Below, in pieces: positions 22,470 to 32,431 of a DNA stretch of 64,000 bases; the stretch's first letter is position 1, and every line of letters begins with the position of its first letter. Below the pieces are notes generated by a model. The model searched no databases and was not told where the DNA came from. It saw only the letters and a program-made list of their open reading frames with translations. This DNA is from Mantamonas sphyraenae STR306 (lineage: Eukaryota; Protista; CRuMs): positions 1 to 64,000 of the forward strand of contig JAPMXV010000019.1 in the NCBI GenBank assembly GCA_026936335.1. The letters run 5' to 3'. The position numbers and the translations under genes are program-made.

Positions 22470-22589
22470 TCACCGCCTCGAAATCGGCTTCGTCTTGGCA
22501 AACGTCACCGACAACGGCACCACAATGCCCAGCACAATCACAAGCAGGCCACCCACGTAGCTCAGCACCGTGTACGTCGGCTCGTCCAT
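22470..22589 (-). CDS. Putative 39-aa single-pass membrane microprotein
   Basis: MDEPTYTVLSYVGGLLVIVLGIVVPLSVTFAKTKPISRR*. Its ATG is 66 bp from the divergent RP2 ATG, like other divergent pairs here. Confidence 0.5.
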   Translation of the reverse strand: MDEPTYTVLSYVGGLLVIVLGIVVPLSVTFAKTKPISRR

Positions 22590-22655
22590 CTGTGCTTGCT
22601 TTGGCTCATCACGCGCTCCCCACGCCACGCCCCGCCGCCTCCAACCCATCGAACC

Positions 22656-23648
22656 ATGGACACTGAACCCGTCACCACAGATCACACCTCCTCCCCTGAG
22701 CCATCCACACCTTCTGTGCCCGTCCACGCGGACGAGGCCATCGCCCTCGACGACGACGACGACGCTCAAGAACAAGTCGAGGCCGCTACACCGCCCACCA
22801 CCTCCTCCTCCCCTGCCTCCATCCAGCATGTCACTGCTCAGACCATTTCGCATCCATCCCCTAACCACAACCACGATTCCTCCTCTCCAGAACCAACCCC
22901 AACACCAACACCAACCGCCTCCTCCTCCTCCTCCTCCTCCACAACCAACAAACCCATAACCACAACGTCCTTCCAGAACAAAAAGAAGCTTGACCCAAAG
23001 GACTACCGCTTCCGCAAACTCTCCAACCAAGTCCTGTCCAAGCTCCCGGGCCAGGTCGCAGGCATCCAGTTCAAACTCGACCGCCTCGTCGACTGCACCG
23101 TTTACGTCCTCGACCACCTCGGCCCGGTGTTTATTGACGACTGCGTCAACTGTACCATCTACATGGGGCCCATCGAAGACTCCTGCTTCGTCCGCGACTG
23201 CTCAAACTGCACCATCACCGTCGCCGCCCGCCAATTCCGCACACGCGACTCCTCAAACTGCACCATCAACCTCTACTCCGCCACAGATCCCATCATCGAG
23301 ACCTCCACAGACATTGTCTTTGCACCCTACCTCTACGGCTACCCACACGCCGCAGACCACTTTGCCGCGGCAGGCCTCGACCCTTTGGACAACCACTACG
23401 CGCGCGTCTACGACTTTAATGCCGCCACAAACTCACTCGCCGATACCTCTGCCCCCTCTGTGCCCAACTACTCCGTGCTTGATGGCCACGGACAGCCCAT
23501 CCCCTGCGACCTCGACCTCGACGAGTCCTTCGGCCCCAACCAATTCCCCACCATCCCCGAATCCTCCTCTGAATCCACCACCGACTCCACCACCTCCGTC
23601 ACCATCACCACCGACTCCGAGACCCCATCCAATGAATCCGCGGATTGA
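22656..23648 (+). CDS. RP2: RP2/XRP2-like TBCC-domain protein (ARL3 GAP, ciliary)
   Basis: KLDPKDYRF..KLPGQVAGIQF, IDDCVNC, QFRTRD, TDPIIETS, VYDF. Confidence 0.9.
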   Translation: MDTEPVTTDHTSSPEPSTPSVPVHADEAIALDDDDDAQEQVEAATPPTTSSSPASIQHVTAQTISHPSPNHNHDSSSPEPTPTPTPTASSSSSSSTTNKPITTTSFQNKKKLDPKDYRFRKLSNQVLSKLPGQVAGIQFKLDRLVDCTVYVLDHLGPVFIDDCVNCTIYMGPIEDSCFVRDCSNCTITVAARQFRTRDSSNCTINLYSATDPIIETSTDIVFAPYLYGYPHAADHFAAAGLDPLDNHYARVYDFNAATNSLADTSAPSVPNYSVLDGHGQPIPCDLDLDESFGPNQFPTIPESSSESTTDSTTSVTITTDSETPSNESAD

Positions 23649-23682
23649 TCGCCCGTCTCCACCCACTCCAATCCCCACCCGA

Positions 23683-25542
23683 ATGGATCGCGTCAACAAG
23701 CTCCTTGCCCACCTCGCCCCCATCGACAGTCCAGCCATCACCCGTGTCCTGGACACGGACAACCACGACGAGCGCAAGCAGATGTACGACATGCTGCGTG
23801 ATCCGCTCTGGGACCACCGCATGGACCTCACCGTCGCCGACCAGAGGGCACTCGTCCGCCGACGCACCCTTGCTGTCTGCCGCTCGGGCTTTGTCCGCCT
23901 CACAGACATCCTCCATGACCCGCTGCGCTACATTGCCGCCAATGAGTCTCTCATCTACGGCGACACCAGCACAGGCACCCAGCTCAGCGTCCAACTCTCC
24001 CTCTTTGGCCTCGCCGTCCTCCTGCTCGGCACAGATGCCCAGCGTGACCAGTACATCGACCGCATCCAATCCATGCAAATGACTGGATGTTTCGCCCTCA
24101 CAGAGCTCGCCCATGGCTCAAATGTCAACGGCCTCAGGACCCGCGCCGTCTACGACCACTCTCGCGACGCCTTCATCCTCACCACGCCCCACGATCAGAC
24201 TGCAAATTCAAAGTTTTGGATTGGTGGTGGTCTCACTGCACAGTACGCTGTCGTCTTTGCCAAACTGGAAGTCGACCACCAGCAGCACGGCGTCCATGCG
24301 TTCCTTGTCCAGCTCCGCGACGACCGCGGCAGGTCCATGCCAGGCGTCCGCCAGCGCGACATCGGACGCAAGAGTGGTCTCAATGGCGTCGACAACGCCT
24401 GCCTCACCTTTACCGACGTCGTCGTCCCTCGCCACGACCTCCTTGGTCGCCACGGCCACGTCGACCAGCACGGCGTCTACCACAGCCCCTACACAAGCAA
24501 CAACCGCCGCTTTGGCAAGATGATGATTGCTCTTCTCATCGGCCGCATCCTCGTCAGCGTCGCCGCCGTCTCCATGGCCAAGCTCGGCCTCGCCACCGCT
24601 GTTCTCTACGCTGCCCAGCGACGCCAGTTTCCCGATCCAGAGGCCGACGACGAAGACGACGCAGGCGACGGCTCGGATGGCACTGAAAAGGTCATTCTTT
24701 CCTATCAAACCCACCAGCAGCGGCTGTTTCCCCTCGTGGCCAACACCGTCGCTCTCAACCTCCTCAACAACTCCCTCAAGCAACGCTACGCCGCTGCGGC
24801 GTCAGACGACGCTGAACTCAAGGCCTTGCATTTTCTCTCGGCTGGCATCAAGGCCGTGTCGACCTGGAACATGCGCGACACCCTCGCCGTTTGCCGTGAA
24901 TGCTGCGGCGGCCTGGGGTTCCTCAGCAAGAGCCGCATCGGCGACTACCGAGCAGACGCAGACATCTACACCACCTTTGAGGGCGACAATGTTGTCATGC
25001 TGCAGGCGTGTGCACGCTCCCTCCTGGTGAACTTTCAGAAGAACGGCTCGTCACTCGATGACCTGCCTGAACGCCACCACGGCAACCTGACGTCTCCTCA
25101 CTGGCAAATCCATGCCATGCATGCCCGTGAGCAGTACCTCGTCGAACAGATGAGCGATCGCATCATGGACGCCGTCGCGGACGGCATGCCCATGCTCGCC
25201 GCTTGGAACGCCAACCTCGAGCTTGTTGTGCGTGCCGCTCTTGCACACATCGACCACCAGCTTGTGCGAGTGTTTCATGACGCCGTCAAGGCCTGTTCGC
25301 ACTCTGCAAACCGAAGCGCTCTGGCTCTCCTGCGCACCATGTGGACGCTCCACCGCGTCTTGGATGACCCGTGGTTTCTGCGTCACCACATGGAGCCTGC
25401 GCTCTGGGACAAGGCCACAGAGTTGCTTCCGCAAACCTACGCCTTGTTCTACCCAATCGCTGTCCCATTTGTGCGCGGGTTCGGCGTTCCTGAGCATCGC
25501 CTCGGCGTCATCGCCACAGACTGGGTCCATGGGTGGGAGTGA
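23683..25542 (+). CDS. Peroxisomal acyl-CoA oxidase with N-terminal PTS2
   Basis: GCFALTELAHGSNV, KFWIGG, DIGRKSGLNGVDN, CRECCGG, TTFEGDNVVMLQ. N-terminal RVNKLLAHL. Confidence 0.92.
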   Translation: MDRVNKLLAHLAPIDSPAITRVLDTDNHDERKQMYDMLRDPLWDHRMDLTVADQRALVRRRTLAVCRSGFVRLTDILHDPLRYIAANESLIYGDTSTGTQLSVQLSLFGLAVLLLGTDAQRDQYIDRIQSMQMTGCFALTELAHGSNVNGLRTRAVYDHSRDAFILTTPHDQTANSKFWIGGGLTAQYAVVFAKLEVDHQQHGVHAFLVQLRDDRGRSMPGVRQRDIGRKSGLNGVDNACLTFTDVVVPRHDLLGRHGHVDQHGVYHSPYTSNNRRFGKMMIALLIGRILVSVAAVSMAKLGLATAVLYAAQRRQFPDPEADDEDDAGDGSDGTEKVILSYQTHQQRLFPLVANTVALNLLNNSLKQRYAAAASDDAELKALHFLSAGIKAVSTWNMRDTLAVCRECCGGLGFLSKSRIGDYRADADIYTTFEGDNVVMLQACARSLLVNFQKNGSSLDDLPERHHGNLTSPHWQIHAMHAREQYLVEQMSDRIMDAVADGMPMLAAWNANLELVVRAALAHIDHQLVRVFHDAVKACSHSANRSALALLRTMWTLHRVLDDPWFLRHHMEPALWDKATELLPQTYALFYPIAVPFVRGFGVPEHRLGVIATDWVHGWE

Positions 25543-25746
25543 GCAGGGAGTGTGCAACGTACAATATAGTGGTCCCCAACGCCCATGTTTGTCACCGCTT
25601 GTCTGTGAGTGGAGTCTGTGTGCGGCACTCCTTGTGTCCGCCTCCACGCCCTGGTCTTTCCACCCAAACCACCACCAACAACACCTCAACACCCCCCCAC
25701 CACCACATTCTCCCCTCCCCTCTCCCACCTTCCCGTTCATCACCCC

Positions 25747-27126
25747 ATGAAACTAATCAAGAGAAGGTACGAAAAGAACGGCCAGGGCTGGGTCAAGCTC
25801 CTCCCTGCCGACACCGAAGACATGTGGCACGCCTACAACCTCATCTCCGTCGACGACATGGTCACGGGCAAGGCTCTGCGCAAGGTCACCAAGAAGACCT
25901 CAACAGGCAGCTCCAGCAGTGAGCGCATGATGCTCAACCTCACCCTCAAGGTCATCAAAACGGAATTCGACGCCCAGTCCTCCACCGTCTGGGTCACCGG
26001 AACCGTGTGCAAAGAGAACAAGCACGTCAAAATGGGTTCCCACCACACCCTCGAGCTCGCTCCCCAGCGTGCCTTTAGCGTGGAGAAAGAGTACTTTGAT
26101 GCGCTCAGCATTCAGCGCGTCGAGGACTCCATCGACGAAACCAAAAAGGCAGAGGTTGCCGCCGTGGTCATGGAGGAGGGCCTTGCACACGTCTGCCTCA
26201 TCACAGACGTGCTCACCATCATGCGTGCCCGCATCGATGTTCCCGTCCCCAAGAAACGCCGTGGCAGCACCGAGGCCCACAAAAAGGGCCAGAAGCGCTT
26301 CTACGAGGCCGTCTACGCCGCCGTCCAGCGCCACATCGACTTTGACATCGTCAAGTGTGTTCTCCTCGGCAGCCCGGGCTTCGTCAAGGACCAGTTCATG
26401 GAGCACGCTCAGCGCGAGGCCATCCGCACCGAAAACAAGACTTTTCTCCAGAACAAGAGCAAGTTTCTGCTCGTCCACTGCAACTCGGGCCACATGAGCG
26501 CCGTCCGTGAACTTCTCGCCGACGAAAACGTCATGGAGCAGCTCGCAGACACAAAGGCCGCCGGTGAGGTGGCCGCCCTCAACGCCTTTTTCGCCATGAT
26601 GAAGAACGAGCCCGACCGCTGTGCCTACGGCCGCAAACAGGTCGTCTTTGCATCCTCCCAGGGTGCCATCTCAGACCTCCTCCTCAGCGACAATCTCTTT
26701 CGCTCGAGCAACACTCGCGAGCGCAAGGCCTTTATTGCTCTCACCGAAGCCGTCAGCGACATGCAGGGCAACGTGCACATCTTTAGCAGCCATCACCCGA
26801 GTGGCGAGCAGCTGGCCGAAATGACCGGCATTGCCGCCATCCTCCGCTTCCCGCTCATCCAGGACGAAGAGATTCTCAACGCCGCCCAGGGTTCCGCCAA
26901 GCCCATCACCACCGACGACGACACCGAAACCACCACAACCGACGATTCTACGCAGGATGACACCATCCAAAACACCAGCGGTGGTGCTTCCTCCTCCTCT
27001 TCCTCCTCTTCCTCCTCCTCTTCTGACGCCCCTCCCGAGGAGACCTCCCAAGACTACGACAACGACGGATACTCCACAGAGGGGTGGACGACGGACGAAG
27101 ACGAGAACTTTGATTTCGAGGACTGA
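25747..27126 (+). CDS. PELO: Pelota/Dom34 ribosome rescue factor with acidic tail
   Basis: EDMWHAYNLI, KMGSHHTLEL, SPGFVKD, SGEQL..MTGIAAILRFP. Confidence 0.96.
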   Translation: MKLIKRRYEKNGQGWVKLLPADTEDMWHAYNLISVDDMVTGKALRKVTKKTSTGSSSSERMMLNLTLKVIKTEFDAQSSTVWVTGTVCKENKHVKMGSHHTLELAPQRAFSVEKEYFDALSIQRVEDSIDETKKAEVAAVVMEEGLAHVCLITDVLTIMRARIDVPVPKKRRGSTEAHKKGQKRFYEAVYAAVQRHIDFDIVKCVLLGSPGFVKDQFMEHAQREAIRTENKTFLQNKSKFLLVHCNSGHMSAVRELLADENVMEQLADTKAAGEVAALNAFFAMMKNEPDRCAYGRKQVVFASSQGAISDLLLSDNLFRSSNTRERKAFIALTEAVSDMQGNVHIFSSHHPSGEQLAEMTGIAAILRFPLIQDEEILNAAQGSAKPITTDDDTETTTTDDSTQDDTIQNTSGGASSSSSSSSSSSSDAPPEETSQDYDNDGYSTEGWTTDEDENFDFED

Positions 27127-27134
27127 TGGCAGCC

Positions 27135-28724
27135 CTAAATCAACTTCATGTCGTGTGCAAACCACAGATTCGCAGCGCCGCAGAATCCGGCCGAATACAA
27201 CACCATCACCAACAACGCCGTCATGGGAGGTGCCATGAGCGTCTTGATTGCCATGTTGACCACCCCTGTGCCCAGGTTGGCCAGCAGAAACGTTGCCAGC
27301 AAGTTAAAGTTGACAGACTGGATGATGGCACTCTCGTGCGGCTCGACCGCAAGCTGAAGCAGAAGGAACAGAAGCAAGCTCTGAGATGAAAGAGTCAGAA
27401 TTAACACGGCATACGTCAGGTTGACCATGCGTCGGGAAGCTGGCCCGACGACAAAGTGGCAAACGATGGTCAAGACCCACAGCGCCATTGTCGTCGTCAC
27501 CATACGCTGCACAAAGCCACGCTGCCACTCCTCGCTGCTCTTGCGCCTCATCATCAGATATCCAGCATGCACAGCGATGAGATACAGGCCCAGGTAGCCC
27601 ACAGACGAGACCAGGCCTTCTCGGTTGGCAGAGATCAGGTCCACACGTGGTGCGTTCAGCACATACTCCGCCAGGCCGCCAAACGACAGTGCCAACTGGT
27701 GAATCAACAGGATAGCCACACCCACGTGCCCGCTCCATGTCGCCGGGATGTTCAGCACAGCAGGCAGGAGTGCAAGCACGGCGAGGGTAAAGAAAAAGTT
27801 CCAGTGGCGCCCGTATTCGCTGACATGCTCTTGGTAGTCCACACCTTTGGTAGTCACCAGACGCACCACACCCAACACGAGCAGCTTGAGAAACGTGGGC
27901 AGCGCCGCACGCACCAGCGCCAGGCGCGAACCAGCGTTTCCTCCTCCGCCGCTGCTCACGCTCCCACTGCCGCTCACACTGGTCGCAGAGCTACTCGTGC
28001 TTGCACCCACAGACGCACCTGTGCCACTTCCACTGCCGCCGCTCCCCGACTCTCGCTGCCCGCCTGCCGCGCGACGCTGGCGGACCGTCGACGACGCTGC
28101 CGCCGTCGTGCTCCCTGCCCCAGAGCTCACGTTTGCACTCTTGCTGCTCCCCGTGCTGCTCGTGCTCCCGGGAGAGGACGGCGACGCACGTGCACTGCGC
28201 GACACAATGCCCATGCTAAACACAAAGCAACCCACGCCCGCATCCATCAACGAATAGCCATACGTCTCGGTTTTGGCAAAGCGACGTGGAAAGATCACAA
28301 AGTCCACCGCCAGGATGCTAATCGACGTCAGAATCATAAGCGCAGAGCGGTACTGCGTGATAAAGTGCTTCTGGGGTGCCTGCAGTGCCTTGAGTCCCGC
28401 ATCATTGGGCCAGGCAAACAAACGGAAACGAGCACCCAGCGCACCACTCACAAGCAGCAGCGTGGCAATCAGCACCCAGTTGGCGTCGGCAAACGTGACC
28501 GACAGCAACATGGGCAGCACCAGCGTGGCATACTCCAGCGCAAACACCAACAGGGGCGGCAGCGGGCGATTGTCCCGATGGCGAGCAAGCGCGAGCAGCA
28601 CCACGTGGCGGAACAGCGCAGCGACGCTGGGCACCACAGACACCAGCGCCAACTCTGTAATGGTTGTGCCCGACAGGCCCGACACCCACTCCTCCTTCAT
28701 GCGTTTGTACGCGGCGGCGTCCAT
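27135..28724 (-). CDS. PIGW: GPI inositol acyltransferase PIG-W/GWT1
   Basis: YKRMKEEWVSGLSG, ILAVDF.IFPRRFAKTETYGYSLMDAGVG, YQEHVSEYGRHWNFFFT, NREG, SRRMVN. Confidence 0.96.
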   Translation of the reverse strand: MDAAAYKRMKEEWVSGLSGTTITELALVSVVPSVAALFRHVVLLALARHRDNRPLPPLLVFALEYATLVLPMLLSVTFADANWVLIATLLLVSGALGARFRLFAWPNDAGLKALQAPQKHFITQYRSALMILTSISILAVDFVIFPRRFAKTETYGYSLMDAGVGCFVFSMGIVSRSARASPSSPGSTSSTGSSKSANVSSGAGSTTAAASSTVRQRRAAGGQRESGSGGSGSGTGASVGASTSSSATSVSGSGSVSSGGGGNAGSRLALVRAALPTFLKLLVLGVVRLVTTKGVDYQEHVSEYGRHWNFFFTLAVLALLPAVLNIPATWSGHVGVAILLIHQLALSFGGLAEYVLNAPRVDLISANREGLVSSVGYLGLYLIAVHAGYLMMRRKSSEEWQRGFVQRMVTTTMALWVLTIVCHFVVGPASRRMVNLTYAVLILTLSSQSLLLFLLLQLAVEPHESAIIQSVNFNLLATFLLANLGTGVVNMAIKTLMAPPMTALLVMVLYSAGFCGAANLWFAHDMKLI

Positions 28725-28775
28725 GATTTTTCTTCGTATGCGCCCATCTGCGCATGCGTCGCCAACACAACCTGC

Positions 28776-31337
28776 ATGGAGATGGCGGATACCCACAGCC
28801 CCACCCTCCTGCCTCTGTGCTCGGCATGGATTCACCATCTCCTGCGAGTGCAGGAGGATTGGACCCAATGCTTGGCCGGCATCGACGACGTCGACAACGA
28901 CACATCCGCTTCGCACACAAGCAGCAGCATGACCAGTGCGCTCGTCACACACATGGAGCACTCTGTGCTGAGGAACCAAGAGCTCCTGGACAAAGGTGAT
29001 CGATGCGCGCGCGTTTGCTCCAATCTGCACCGTGTTTTCCTGACACCCGACGACCGAAAATTCCTGACACGCAACACCGCCTCAGTCCTGCTGCCTGTGC
29101 ACCAGTCTGCATGTGAGTGGGTCGAAGAAACCCTTGTGCCCATGTGTTTGACCATCACCGGAGATCAAGGCACAGACGGAGATGAAGATGGCCATGCTTC
29201 ACTGGATCCGCCGCGAGACACAGCCGACGCCTTTGCCTGGATCGAGCACCTACTTCCGCTGTACGTGCAACGCCACGGCGCAGACGGAGACGTGGACGAA
29301 GCTGTGCATCACATCGACCAGATCCTCTTGCTTTGCCTGCAGTCGTTCCATCGCACCGTCGGCGGCAGCTACGTGGCCACCACAGTGTGCGTCGAAGGCA
29401 CGCTGTACACAGACCACGACATGGAGACACGAGATATGCACGACACGCTGGTGGACCAGTTTGCCGCCTTGTTGTTGCGCAACACCGACGCATCTACCGG
29501 TAGGCTTCGCGCCCCATGTGCCGGCCGAGGCGACCTCAACCATGTCTGTTACATGCCACAGGCCAGTCTGGTGCTCCACTGCCTCCAACTCAGGCTTCTC
29601 GACGATGCGCTGGACAGCCTGAACGACGACTCGGTCGGCAAGTGGCCTGTCTCGGACACACGCGTGCTGGAATGTCATCTGCAGATCCACGCAGGGGGTA
29701 GCAGCAACCGCGCCCATCGTGTGCTCTCCGTCTCCAGAGTCCACACGTTGCTGGCCGCCGAGTCCATCGGCATGACTCAAGTCGACGCCTGGTGTGAAAC
29801 GTCGTCGGACCTGCTCCCACTGGCCCACAAGGCACTCACGCACACTCTGGACACGCACGTGATCGACACCTCCAGCATGGATGCCCTTGCGTGCTCTGCG
29901 TACGACACTTGTGCGGTCACGCGATGCAGCGCCGTCGCAATCGCGTCGCCCCAGCCGTTCTGGGACTCTGTCCAAGGCAAGGTCGTGTGGCAGAGGCGTT
30001 CAGACGGCATGGAGTCTCCCGAATATGTGGACTACAGTGTCGTTGTGACACCTCGTACGGCCAAGGAGCTGCAGGTCGGTCAAATCCACCTCGATTCCAT
30101 CCACGTGCTCGATCGCTCCGCAGACACTCAAGTACAGGCACGCAATCTGCTCAAGCGCTCCTCCCTGTCCTTTGACGTCATTGAAGAGTGTTGGCGCGAC
30201 CTCCACGATACCGACGGGGTGCAGATCAGCCTCGCTGTGCCGACCGCAGACATCCGCGCCCCCACTGCGCCTCTGAAGCTCATGATCCAGAGCAGGGTCA
30301 ACTCACAGGTCGAACACAGGCCCGATGCCAGTTTGGCGTTGTACGGAGGCACCAAGGACACGCCTGTGCCTTGTGAGGGTGTCGATGTCACGCGCAATCT
30401 GCAACTCCACCAGACCTTGCCCAACACCTCCACACTACTCTCTCTGCGCACTGTCCACGGCGTCGCCAAGCTCAGCCTCGAGTACACAAACCTCGCAGAC
30501 GTCTCAGTTGTCGTCCACGAGGTGTCCGTGTCGCTCAATTGGCACGATGTCGACTCCTCCACCGTCTCCGTCCACGCCGTCTCCCAGGACATCCAACACA
30601 CGCGCAGCATCGCTCCCGGCCGCTCTTTGCGTGTAAACATTGAAGTAGACCCACCTCACAGTGGTCAGATTGCTGGAAAGGCTTCTCGCACTGTCTGGAG
30701 GTGCCCGCAACTCATCGACACCGAATGGACGGCACAGATCGCCGACATGACCGTGCGCCGCTTCGTGGTCATGCAAGAACTACTCTCCATGCCCAAACTG
30801 CCCACTGTCGGCGTCGAGGCCACTCTGACCCCCGAAAGCGCCACCACAGCCATCATCGCCATCGTCAACCACGGCAAACTCCCGCTCCTTGTACAAGGAG
30901 ATCTTGTCCACCTCTACGGCTCCTCCACCCACCTTGTATGCGACGCAGAGCTCGACATGAACCTCTCAGACGCCCCCCTGCCTTGTACCGTGCACACTGG
31001 CTCGGGACATGTGTCTCTCGCCAACCAGGATCCGCAATGGCTCCCGGCCGCCACATCCATGCATTTGCGTCTCCATCTCTCCCGCGAGGTCGAAGACGTC
31101 CACATTACCCTCTTTCCTTCAATCCTCCTCGACACGGTGTCCTTCAACGGCAAAGACGTGGCCTTGGATCTTCATTGCGCGCCCGCTTCCGCCTCCTCCT
31201 CCTCCTCCTCCTCCAAGTTTGACATCGACTCCTCTGGTCCCTCTGCCTGGCCCATCGCCGTTCACTCTTCCACTTCATCGTCTTTGTCCTCGTCTTTGTC
31301 CTCATCATCGACCTCATCCCGCATGTCCATCAGCTGA
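28776..31337 (+). CDS. Hypothetical ~850-aa protein, beta-rich C-terminal half
   Basis: Uninterrupted ORF with coding-like codon pattern. The upstream part of the listed ORF is antisense to PIG-W. No family recognised. Confidence 0.65.
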   Translation: MEMADTHSPTLLPLCSAWIHHLLRVQEDWTQCLAGIDDVDNDTSASHTSSSMTSALVTHMEHSVLRNQELLDKGDRCARVCSNLHRVFLTPDDRKFLTRNTASVLLPVHQSACEWVEETLVPMCLTITGDQGTDGDEDGHASLDPPRDTADAFAWIEHLLPLYVQRHGADGDVDEAVHHIDQILLLCLQSFHRTVGGSYVATTVCVEGTLYTDHDMETRDMHDTLVDQFAALLLRNTDASTGRLRAPCAGRGDLNHVCYMPQASLVLHCLQLRLLDDALDSLNDDSVGKWPVSDTRVLECHLQIHAGGSSNRAHRVLSVSRVHTLLAAESIGMTQVDAWCETSSDLLPLAHKALTHTLDTHVIDTSSMDALACSAYDTCAVTRCSAVAIASPQPFWDSVQGKVVWQRRSDGMESPEYVDYSVVVTPRTAKELQVGQIHLDSIHVLDRSADTQVQARNLLKRSSLSFDVIEECWRDLHDTDGVQISLAVPTADIRAPTAPLKLMIQSRVNSQVEHRPDASLALYGGTKDTPVPCEGVDVTRNLQLHQTLPNTSTLLSLRTVHGVAKLSLEYTNLADVSVVVHEVSVSLNWHDVDSSTVSVHAVSQDIQHTRSIAPGRSLRVNIEVDPPHSGQIAGKASRTVWRCPQLIDTEWTAQIADMTVRRFVVMQELLSMPKLPTVGVEATLTPESATTAIIAIVNHGKLPLLVQGDLVHLYGSSTHLVCDAELDMNLSDAPLPCTVHTGSGHVSLANQDPQWLPAATSMHLRLHLSREVEDVHITLFPSILLDTVSFNGKDVALDLHCAPASASSSSSSSKFDIDSSGPSAWPIAVHSSTSSSLSSSLSSSSTSSRMSIS

Positions 31338-32371
31338 TTCTGCCCCAGCAATGAACTCCTCTTCTTCCTCATCGCTCGAATCATGCCTCTGTCGCACTTG
31401 CTCAACACCCTCAGCCCTCTCCTCCACCTTCTCCCCCACCTCTTCTTCCTCATCGCTCGAATCATGCCTCTGTCGCACTTGCTCAACACCCTCAGCCCTC
31501 TCCTCCACCTTCTCCCCCACCTCTGCTTCCTCATCGCTCGAATCATGCCGTTGCTGCCTCACCTGACCCATCATCACACCACCCTCCTGCACTGTTCCTC
31601 CCACCTCCCCCACCTTCTCCTCTGCCGTTTGCGCGTCCTTCACCTCCTCCTCTCTCTCCCCACCACGATGCCGGTGCCTGTGCTTCCGCCGATGCCTGTG
31701 CCTATGCCCTTCTACATCCTCCCTATCACCATCTCGATGCCTGTGCCTCCGCCTGTGCTTGTGTCTGTGCCTGTGCCGGTGTCGATCCTCCCCTTCCACG
31801 TCCTCCCCATCCTCCGCATCCCCCAACTCCCGCGACCTCGACCTACTCCGACTTCGACTACGCTTGCGCTCCCTCCCCCTCTCCCTGTGCTTGTGCTTAT
31901 GCCGCCTGTGCTTCTCCCGACGTCTCTCCCGCCTCTCCTCCTTCTCACTTTCCGCCGCCCGCCCCTGCTCCGCCCCACCTGCTCCACCCACCGCCACAGC
32001 CACAGGAATCGAATTTGCAGACGTCATGGGCCCCGTCATCCCCAGTGCCTCCATCATCGCCTGCTGGTCCCGTGCTTTGATCGCCGCAAGCTCCTCCTGC
32101 GACGGTCCCGCCTTCTTTGCTGCCGCAGCTGCAACAGCACCCCCGCCAGCCCCTTCTCCATTCTTCTTTGCCTGTGTCCACCACGTCGGCTTCAGCATGA
32201 CCGACGAGCCCAGGTAGTTCTGCCGAAACTTGTCTTTTTCCAGGTCCGACCATTGGAACTCTGCGTCTCTTTGTCAGTGGCAGCCCCACCAAACACCCTC
32301 CCTCCACACCCGCGTCCTTCCGCCAAAACCTACGGTCTGCCACCTCGTGTTCCTCCACGTCGGTGCGACAT
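31314..32371 (-). CDS. MMTAG2/C1orf35-like protein with R/H/S-rich region
   Basis: RGGTRGG..FQWSDLEKDKFRQNYLGSSV, EELAAIKARDQQAMMEALG. Intron ends at 32261, donor 32333 or 32343. Confidence 0.85.
31361..31560. repeat. 81-bp (27 aa) coding tandem repeat x ~2.4
   Basis: CTTCCTCATCGCTCGAATCATGCC near 31364, 31445 and 31526. Confidence 0.9.
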
Positions 32372-32431
32372 CTTGCGTTGGCAGCGCCAGCGAAAAACTC
32401 ACCCCACACCGCACTCGTTTGCTCTCCTCAC

